A stretch of DNA of 61,447 nt. Origin: Barthelona sp. PAP020. Lineage: Eukaryota. The notes beneath the pieces are model-generated. The model saw only the letters and a list, made by a program, of their open reading frames with translations. It did no database searches and had not been told where the DNA came from. Below are positions 42,060 through 51,800 of the stretch, piece by piece. The translations under genes were made by a program, and so were the position numbers. Each line of letters starts with the position of its first letter. Within the stretch, counting starts at the first letter, position 1. The DNA lies in NCBI GenBank assembly GCA_040182905.1, contig JARQWU010000033.1, positions 1 through 61,447 of the forward strand, given 5' to 3'.

Positions 42060-42596
42060 ATGGATGAAGCTCTTGCTGCTGTGGCAATTCCTGCCGATAC
42101 ACCATTTGTTAAGCATTTATCCATCACAACAAAGTCTGTTGCAAATGTTGAAAACCCAAATGATGATATAGAACGTGAAACTGTTTTTTACACCCAAGCT
42201 TTTGAAACCTTAATGGAAGCAAAGCCTCAAATCATTGAAGCAAACAAGTATTTCGAAAGACCAGATGATTATTTTGCAGAAATGGTCAAAGATGATCAAC
42301 ACATGAGAAAAGTAAGAGGATTTTTGGCTGGACAAACTAAAAAAATTCACAGAAGTCAGGTTAGTAGAAAACGACGTGAAGGTGAAAAAGTTAAGAAGCA
42401 ATTAAATGTTTTGAGAGAATCCCAAAATAAGAGGCGACAAGAACAAGCCCAACAAAAAGAAGTTGAAGCACTGAGAGCTAGAGCTTATAGTCATGGAAAA
42501 AATGCAAAACGTGATCCTTCTGATAAATCTAAAAAGAATCGTGCTGGTAAAAATCAGAGAAGAAACAAATTAATTTCGGATTTAAAGAATAAATAG
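42060..42596 (+). CDS. EBP2: rRNA-processing protein EBP2
   Basis: NDDIERETVFYTQA and RPDDYFAEMVKDDQHMRKVR signatures. Confidence 0.92.
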   Translation: MDEALAAVAIPADTPFVKHLSITTKSVANVENPNDDIERETVFYTQAFETLMEAKPQIIEANKYFERPDDYFAEMVKDDQHMRKVRGFLAGQTKKIHRSQVSRKRREGEKVKKQLNVLRESQNKRRQEQAQQKEVEALRARAYSHGKNAKRDPSDKSKKNRAGKNQRRNKLISDLKNK

Positions 42597-42736
42597 TTAA
42601 TTTATGATAAACATCTTTCTTTTTATGTTGATTTATTTTAAAATGGTTTAACAAAATAATGCAATCAAATAGTGAATGACTATTGATTGAAATAAAATTA
42701 AAATAAAAAAACTTGTAACAATTTTCTTTTTTTTTT

Positions 42737-43513
42737 ATGTTGGAAGAAGATCTAAATTTTGATTTTGAAGCCTATTTTGATGAAGTTGAAAATCAAGAAG
42801 GAACCGTTGAAATGGAGTATCCTTCTGAACCTCATAGTGTGAGAGATAATAGTGGCAAAAGAACTTTATGTTTCAGACATGCACAAGGATACTGTAAATT
42901 AGGAAAAGATTGTCCATATCCACATGTAAAATTGCCTGAAGAAAAAAATTATGTGTGTCGTTTTTGGTTTCAAGATCGTTGTCATCGAGGAGACACTTGT
43001 CATTATTTGCATCAATATGATCTTGATAAAATGGTCGTTTGTAGATTTTACAATGAGAACGTTGTTAAAGAAAATGTCCCCAAAGACAAATTGTGTAATA
43101 AAGGAGATTTATGTCCATTTGAGCATATAAATCCTCGAGAAAGAGCTCCTGAATGTGTTGATTATTCAAATGGTTTTTGCAAAAATGGATTAGCCTGTCC
43201 ATTTAAACACATTCAAAAGAATATTTGCAAATTTTATCTTGCAGGGTTTTGTCCAAATGGTAATTCTTGTCCCGATGGACATCTTTTGAGACATACACCA
43301 AAACAAAAACCACTGGAAAAACTTGAGTTTGGAAGTGCTTCTGATAACTCAAAGTATTGTCGTTATTGTGGTACACTAATTCGCGGGAAAGACCATCTTT
43401 GTATGAATAAATTTATTCAACAGACGCAAACAGGATATGATAATTATCGATATGGGCATAGTCAAAGAAATCAAACACCTTACAGATCAAATTATAAATA
43501 TTCTCATCAATAA
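42737..43513 (+). CDS. YTH1: Cleavage and polyadenylation factor CPSF30/YTH1
   Basis: Five tandem CCCH fingers with LHQYDLDKM linker, GFCKNG..C..KH and CKFYLAGFCPNG, plus a knuckle-like C-terminal CRYC..H.C. Confidence 0.85.
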   Translation: MLEEDLNFDFEAYFDEVENQEGTVEMEYPSEPHSVRDNSGKRTLCFRHAQGYCKLGKDCPYPHVKLPEEKNYVCRFWFQDRCHRGDTCHYLHQYDLDKMVVCRFYNENVVKENVPKDKLCNKGDLCPFEHINPRERAPECVDYSNGFCKNGLACPFKHIQKNICKFYLAGFCPNGNSCPDGHLLRHTPKQKPLEKLEFGSASDNSKYCRYCGTLIRGKDHLCMNKFIQQTQTGYDNYRYGHSQRNQTPYRSNYKYSHQ

Positions 43514-43673
43514 TCACAAAGATTTTTTTTTTTGGGAGTTTCAGGTCAAAAACGAATTTTACAAAGCTGTAAATTATGGAAAACTGAAAAATTTGAAAAA
43601 AAAAATGGACTAGCAATTTACCAAGAATATATTCAATGATTCATACAAACATTTGTAATTTATGTTGATTTAT

Positions 43674-44084
43674 TTATTTGTTGAAAGGATTGTCCTCAAT
43701 ATTTGTTGAAGATTTCACGAAACTTTGATTGATGATATTTTTTGCTCTTTTCTTTCTTTCTTTCAAAGATATGTTGGTTAAACTATTCGGATTATCATTC
43801 TTTTTTTCACGTTTTATTGCTTCTCCAATTTTTCTATTGAACATTGAAGCTCTTCTTAATTCTTGTGTGAGATAATGATTGTCAAAATGAAAATCATTCA
43901 AAATAAAATAATCTTTGGTTAAATTCAGCATAGCTTGTATTGATTTTTGCTTTGTTTGAGCTAATATTAATTGATCTGAATTGGAATGTTCTGATATTTC
44001 TTTCAATTCATTTAGTTGTTCTGAATATTTTTTTAAATCTTCATTAACTTCTTTAAATATTTCTGAATCTCCAAATAGATCCAT
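43674..44084 (-). CDS. C1D: C1D/Rrp47 exosome cofactor-like protein
   Basis: 136 aa, helical; HYLTQELRRASMFNRKI and AKNIINQS resemble C1D motifs. Confidence 0.6.
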   Translation of the reverse strand: MDLFGDSEIFKEVNEDLKKYSEQLNELKEISEHSNSDQLILAQTKQKSIQAMLNLTKDYFILNDFHFDNHYLTQELRRASMFNRKIGEAIKREKKNDNPNSLTNISLKERKKRAKNIINQSFVKSSTNIEDNPFNK

Positions 44085-44228
44085 ATGACTATTGTAAAAA
44101 AAAAAAAAAAAACTCCAAAAATCATTTGGGTATTTACATGAGAAAAATGAATTAAAAACAAAAATTGTACAATATAAAAATTAAGATTAATAAAAATGTG
44201 AAAACTACAAATAGAAATATATGGGCAG

Positions 44229-45587
44229 CTAGAAATTATTGGGTTGATTGTAATTCATTGGATCTTGGGAATATAATCCTGCATTAGAATAATCCATGCT
44301 AACAACATTCATTTCTTGATAAGGTTGATTTTGAATTTGATTGTTAAAAGCTTGATTATCAATTGGTTGAACATTAACATTCATCTGAACCTGAACTTGA
44401 TTGCTCTGATTTATTGGTTGAACAATAGGTGAAACAACAGCCTGATTACTAACGCCAAACGAATCTGAAAAAACAGGAGAAAAAGCAGATTCATTGATGT
44501 TGTTTCTTCTGAAACCATTATACCAAAAAGAATTTATAAAACCATTGGTAGCCCCTAATTTTATCCATTCGATTTCTTTAATTCTGGTTTTTGGTTCCAA
44601 TTTTTCAAATTGAGAGAATTGTTTGGTAAATTCACGAGGCTCATGATATGAAATACGGTCCAACCATAAACCATAAGCACCCTGCCATGGAGTAAGTCCC
44701 AAAAAAATAAAAGGAATTGAACTCAACGCTTCAGGCTTGTTGTCAACATCCAAAAAAGCTAATAATGAATCAGTAGGAAGATTCTCAATTCCTTTATTTT
44801 GAGTAAAATCAACATGTACATCAGCATTTCTATACTTATCATGAAATTCATTCCAAGAACGATCAAAATGATCTCTTGATTGGTTATCAGCAGCTTGGAT
44901 AATACTACTAATTTCAATTTTGAGTATCTCTTGGAATTGAGGAACTGCAAATTGATGAGGATCAGATACATCATTCCAAGATGCAAAATTATATCGTTCA
45001 GAACGACGAAGCGTAACAACCTTCTCTTGATAAGTCTCATGACGTGTTTGTGATCTCCCATTGCTATCAGTGTAATGAACAGTACGATGTCTAGTTTCAT
45101 AATGATATGCCTCAACATGAAACTCAATGAAAGGAGGAAGATTCATAACATCAACCATGTATTGATTGGCCCCATCTTCGGATTTAATATTGGTTAAAAA
45201 AGTGTGTGTAGGGTCACAAAATCCTCCCAAAAATTTGATAAATATTATTACAAAAAAAATCCAAGAATCAAAGTCAGCTTTTCCATAAAATGAAAAGCCA
45301 AGAAAAATTAGCAAAATAATATCCGTAAAAATACTACAAGTTGAACATTTATGCCCGTTACCATCAGCACTACAGGTTACACACCAATAGAGAAAAATTG
45401 AAAAGATTAAAGGAAAAGCAGCCCCACCAACAATTAAAATTCGAATCAAAGGTTCTTGGGTCAAAACAAGAATTGAAGAAGGAACAAAATTCAACCCCAA
45501 CCATGAAATCACAATGAGAAGATAACATGGAATTCCTATTATTCCTGCAAATACTGTTCTGAGATATTCACAAGGACTACAAAGCAT
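44229..45587 (-). CDS. TMEM151-family membrane protein
   Basis: N-terminal TM segments; PPFIEFHVEAYHYETRHRTV...TYQEKVVT...WNDVS; probable ATG at 45587. Confidence 0.8.
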   Translation of the reverse strand: MLCSPCEYLRTVFAGIIGIPCYLLIVISWLGLNFVPSSILVLTQEPLIRILIVGGAAFPLIFSIFLYWCVTCSADGNGHKCSTCSIFTDIILLIFLGFSFYGKADFDSWIFFVIIFIKFLGGFCDPTHTFLTNIKSEDGANQYMVDVMNLPPFIEFHVEAYHYETRHRTVHYTDSNGRSQTRHETYQEKVVTLRRSERYNFASWNDVSDPHQFAVPQFQEILKIEISSIIQAADNQSRDHFDRSWNEFHDKYRNADVHVDFTQNKGIENLPTDSLLAFLDVDNKPEALSSIPFIFLGLTPWQGAYGLWLDRISYHEPREFTKQFSQFEKLEPKTRIKEIEWIKLGATNGFINSFWYNGFRRNNINESAFSPVFSDSFGVSNQAVVSPIVQPINQSNQVQVQMNVNVQPIDNQAFNNQIQNQPYQEMNVVSMDYSNAGLYSQDPMNYNQPNNF

Positions 45588-45891
45588 TCTAAAAATTAAA
45601 AAAAAAATGTTTCCTCTTGTTCTAAATTTAAAAAAAGCTAAATGAGTCTTCACAAAGAATTGAAGCCCTTATAATGCCTTGAATTGAAAGAAAAGCATAC
45701 AATGAAAGAGTTAACAATGACCATCAATTTTTCAAAATGGAATCTCAAGATAGGACATGAAATCGAATTGTTCACCAGACCATTTATTTGAAAATATCTT
45801 TTTTTTTTTTTCATAAAGACAATCTTTAGGAGATTCAGAAATTTCAATCCAAATTAAAAATTTTCATTTTATTTTGTTTTTCAATATTTTA

Positions 45892-48800
45892 ATGTTTGCT
45901 CAATTAAAATATAACACAATAATTCTGATTGGAATAATATTATTTGTGTGTGTGGATGCAAAATATGTGAGTTTGAATGTTACTGGAGACAATTATATCG
46001 AGAGATATATTGGTGAACATATCAATGACACCAATTCTTATTTAAATGTGACTATTATATCTAATAGTTCCAAATGTGAACCGAAATTTTATTTTGGATT
46101 TGTTGAATCAACAGATTACATTCCAAGTTGGAATGAATTGTCTGAACATGTCAGTTTAAAGTATAAACAAAAGTATAATTCATTCTATTTCAAAGGATTT
46201 GGTGATGATTATCCTATCTTTGTTTTCAAAAGAGATTATTTGGATGTGAATTGTGAAATTGAGTTATTTTATGAAGCGTTTTCGTTTGAACAATTAGATA
46301 AACCTGTTACTTCCGATTATCAAGATTATATGATGAAAAAAGGTCATGGATACATTTTCAATGTTGAAGAGATTCATTTTGCTGGAGATTTTTTGAATTT
46401 AGATTTTGAAGTCAAATTGATAACTCCAAATATTTCTGATTTAACCGCTATTGATGTCTTTCCTATGAGTCGTCATGTTGATGTTGATTTTGATTGGAAT
46501 GTTCTTGAGTCACAACATTTGGAAAACAGTACAGAAGATTCAACCGCTACAAAGATTAAATTGACACAATGCATGACATTTAGCAACAAGAACATTGTGG
46601 GATTTTTTGTCAAAGGGGATAAAAGAGATGAAGTAAATGATTTCTTTACTTTACAGGTTAGATACGTTGGTAAGTCATGGAACGTCAATAAAGTTCAAAA
46701 TTCGACAACGAAAAGATTCATTTTGAATCCAAATCAACATTTGTTGCTTGAATTTTCATATAATTTGTTTGAAGATTTAAAAGATGGACAATTTTTCAAG
46801 GCTAGTGTTTTTGGGAGTAGAAATGAACTTGAAGTTTATTCTTTTGGGGATTTAGGTAAATCTGGATTTATTGGGGATGAAGTATGTGGAAGTCACAAGA
46901 TTGAATCTACTTTTGAAGCCAATACTCATTATTACTCATCATTTGTAACTAAACCAATGAGTGATGCAAATAATGCGAATAGATACTCTTTGTTTTTGTT
47001 GTTAGTAAACCCTATTGAAGAGACTTTCAATGTATTTGTTGAAAATGGTGTTAATACTCCCATTATAAACGAAATTAAGTATGATGATTTTACTTTTGCG
47101 ACTTTTACTGGTTATGGACCTATTTTATTCAAATTTACTGCACCTGAAGTGACTAACAATAATGCTTTAATGATTAATCACGTTTATGTTGATAAAGATA
47201 TTGAATTTGAATTGGTTATCGCCGATGTTATTTTAGGTGAATTTAATACTGACAAATTTGCTGATGAACCATCTAAACTACCTCGAATTTCCAAAAAATC
47301 AAATTCAGGTGGATTGGTTTTAATTATTGAAACTAACAGAATGGTTGCTAACAAGGATTATTATGTTACTATTACCCCAACGTCAAATATTAGTGTGTTT
47401 GATAAGATATTTGTAACTTATGAGACCCAAATTGTTAACAAATTGGAAATGCCATATGAACCTCTTAGTATTGATGTTAATAAGCATTTTTACGTGTTTG
47501 AATTTGATGTTATTGAAGTTTTTGATAAATACAGCAATTGGGGTGAGTTCACAATTAAAAGTGATCGACCTGCCTCCCAACAAGCTGTTACTCTATGTGT
47601 TGTGAATGAAAATTTTGCAGTTGTAAATTTCGTTGACAATGATAATTTAATTGAGCGTAACAAATTTCCCATTGGAAAATATTATTTTGTTGTTCATGTA
47701 GAACGAGAACTTCCTGCTACTCACTTATTTGTTGATCATAAATTTATTCCCACATTCGGTGAAATTAGATATAATCAAGTAAATCATCTTAAATTTTCCA
47801 CGTCAGAACATTATTTGATGATTCCTATGATATCTGATGAAAACTTAGAAATATTAGACAGTGTGAATGTTAAAGTTATGAATCATCGTGATTCTTTGAA
47901 TGCTAATCAAATTTCTATAATTATTGGTACATATTCTCCTGTTTTAGGACAAATTGATCTTAAACCTACATTTTCCAATACATTATTTTGGGAACATTCG
48001 TTATTAGTGGATAAAGAGTCTTCTGGTCAAGTTTCATTCAGACAATTATATGAATCGACTCCCCAACATTTATTATATTTCACTTTGGTGAATCTTGAAA
48101 CAAATGTTGATTATGAATTTGATATTGAAATAAATTTTAAAAATGTTCCTCAACAAACTTTAATTGAAGGACAAAATATTGTGAGAAATTGCTTTGGGGA
48201 AAGTTATACTAGATTGATTGTTGATATGACTAGTGATTCCACTTTAACTTATGTTACTTTTTACATGGATGAAAGTTTAGGTGAAAATGACTTTAATATT
48301 TACACCATTTATGATACTGATGCCATTAAAGTTAATCCTTCAGCAATTTCAAATGATCCCACTAAATTACAAAAAGCCATTACATATAAATTAATCACAT
48401 CCAGTGGATTTGATAGACATGTTGAATTTTATTTATCAACCCCAACTTCGTTAAATATCGTTAATACTGCTACTGTTGTTTTGGAACATATTAAAATTCA
48501 ACAATTTGAAACTTTTAATGAGCACAAGAGAATTTCATCAAAACCAATAACAAGCGTCATTGATGAAAAGAGACCATTAATTCTCAAATATGATGATATT
48601 TTGAATGTTGATGCTTCTAATGACTTATTAGTGTTCAATATGGTTAATAGTGATGAGAATAGTGGAGATATAGATATTCAATTTTATAAGGGAGGTTATC
48701 AATTAGATAATAACATTAAATCGAATAATCCTTCTGTTATCAATACTGTTACCAATAATGATGAAATATCTTTGGTTTATCCTGGGGAAACTGTATATGT

Positions 48801-51800
48801 GGTCGTTCAAAGTAAAGTTCAATTGATACTAACCATGTATGTGACCAAGAAACCTAAGACGGCTGATATTGATTGGGTTTTCAACTTAAAGACTCAAGAA
48901 AATGATTCCCTTGGCTTTTTGGTCAACACAAATCTGAAGAATATTTTTGGTTTCCAAATTCAATTGGATCCAAAGATGGAAAATATTTATGGAATGAATA
49001 TCACTTTCGAATCTGACAAAATTAAAGACCATCCGGATTTTGAATTGTATATTGGTTCTTCAAAGGTCAAAATTGATGAGTACTTTTGGAAAAAGGATAT
49101 TAATCCCAACAATAATGGAGTTTATTCATATTTGTTATTGCCAGATGCTACTGAATATCAAATGGTGATCGAAAATTTATCATATACTTGCTTATTATAT
49201 GTTCCTTCTGAAGTTAGTGGAACTATTAAGATTGATATGAACAAATATGTGGTTGAAACTTTAAATGTTAATGTCGACAGTAAAGTTACAAAGAAAGTAA
49301 TGTTTAATGAAACAAAGAAATTGATGAATATTTATCGTATTGATTATGATGACAATGTTTATGATTGGGATGTTAAAATTGAATCTGTTGTTAATACAGC
49401 TCCTATATATCATATAGAAACTGTATACTATCCTTTAAGAGGTTTAGCAATTGATAATGTTGTTGATAGACGTTTTAAATCTTACAGTTATATTTCTGTT
49501 GTACGTTCATGTTCTTCAAAGAAAGTGGATTTTTGTTCAGATTTAGACAACTTTATGAATGAAAATAATGGTTTTAAAATGACAATCAATCCTGTTAAGC
49601 AAAACCAAACCATATTTTCTTTGAATTCTGAAGAGTTAACAGGTGGTAAAGATATTATTTTGAAGAAACAGATTCTAAATCATATTATTGATTTAAAATA
49701 TGTTCAAACTAGTGATAACACCTTTTTAAGTATTTATCGAAATGAAAATGTCTCAGATTCAATTACATTTACTTTACAGTTTTATCATGATTATACTGAA
49801 ATTCCTGATTCTGAACATGATTTCACTTTTACTAATGAAACAGTTCATATTCCTTTGACAGATTCATATTCTAATCGTATATATGTTCATTATCAACATT
49901 CTTTTGAAAAGGATGTTAAAATTAATCTTCAATATTCCGTCTATTCTGCTGATAATCTCTTGGAATATCCTATTCAAGATGAGCAACCAATTACTTTGTT
50001 AAAAGGTAGCACAATGGCATACAAGCTTAAATTTAAGACGGATGTTGAATTTTATAAAGTTACAGTTGATGGTGTTGCTGTTCAATTCGCTTCTAATTAT
50101 TTTATGAGAGTATCAAGCATGAAAACTGTTGATAATGTCAATACATATGATTATCCTCAAGCTGATTTCAAGGTTTTGGATATTATTAATGCTAATGATG
50201 AGAAAACAACTATTAAACAAAGAGATTCGACAGTTAATGAAGTATATTTCTTGTTGTATGGTCAAAAGGATAAAAGTACCATTTCTATAACAACTTACAA
50301 AAAATCTACTGTTGTTATTGATGAAAATAAAGTAAATGTTACTGTTAAAGGATATGTTGAAGAAGAAAATATTATTGAATTACAAATACCTTTTGATAAA
50401 TATCAATATGCTGATAGATATTTGAATACTTCTTTAAAAGGAAACTCTTCAGTAGAATTGTTTAGTTTTGATGAAAATAATGTGTATCAACCAATTTCCA
50501 TTGATGTTTTAACCCAAAAGAATCAATTACAAGATTTTGCTGAATCAAAAATTTACAAATTCTATCTTATTTCATCAAAAAAGAATATTGGTGCTCAACT
50601 TTTGTATGTACAGATGCCTGAAATCAAAACCACTGTCGCTTTGTCTGGACAATCTGATATTACCTTCAATGAAACGACAAGATTCTATTTAGATTTTGAT
50701 ACAGTTCCTGAGTTAATAATGCTTCGTGTTAATGACTCCTCGATTCAACACAATATAGGTAATGAGTATATTCTTTCCAATGCTGATGATTTAATTGTTT
50801 TCCAAACAAAGTTAAGTGGAGAAGTGGAGAAATTGAATTTATCCACCATTCGTATTACAGTTTCAGTGCAAAATAGTAAAAAGCCCATTCGTATTATATG
50901 TTCAGATGATGTTCATGCAAATGATCTCAGTCTTGACAAAGATACAATCATGTTACAAGAAGTCGTCGCCACAAAACTTCATAAATATATTATTCACATT
51001 GATAATGTTGAAAAAGCTCATGTATATCGTATGATGTTTGAGGAATTGATTCAAATGACCAAAAAAGATGATAAAACTGTAATTAAAGCAGTTATTAAAT
51101 CTGCAAGCAAATATTGGACATATTTTGGTGAATTGAATAAGGGTGTATATCTTTATCCAGATGTTGACACTTGGTTTGAAAAAGGAATATCTATTGCTAA
51201 CAATGAGCTTGTATTTTACATCTTTGTTGATACTTTTACTGACTCTGCATATCGTATGCAATATGCCATTGATGATATTGAATATGTCGATTTAGAATTA
51301 GGTGTCACTAAATGTGATCAAAGGTTGTTGAGTAAAACACCAAAACAATATGATTATTGTCAAAAGACAATTCATAATGATAAAACGCAGACGAAACTTA
51401 GCTCTAATTTACCATATGGTTTTGTGGATATGCAAGCAAATGGTGTATTTACGATTGATTACAATGTTGCTAGAAATCAATCATGTCGAATTGAAGTTTT
51501 GCCAAAAGGTATTGAAATATCTGTTCATGATTATCCTTCTTTGGATACTGATTCCGTGATTTCTCAACCCTTTTGGACTCAAGTTTCATTTATCAGAGAG
51601 AATCCTCATGCTGAAATTACAACTTTAAAAACAGGAGGATCTTTTGAATACAGAGTTGTTTGTGAGAATAATGGTGATTTTTATCCTGTTGTTACAGATT
51701 TTGACAAATGTCAATATGATGGGTGTTTCGAACGTTTTAAGTGGACACCATTACATGATAATAGAGAATTGACAAGTGATTCTAAAATGTGTTTTGATGG

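Noticed and set aside
34834..44084. Functional cluster of RNA-processing genes (ROK1, REX4, MFAP1, EBP2, YTH1, C1D)
   Set aside because: Mixed strands with unrelated genes in between; such genes are common in small genomes and enrichment cannot be tested from one window
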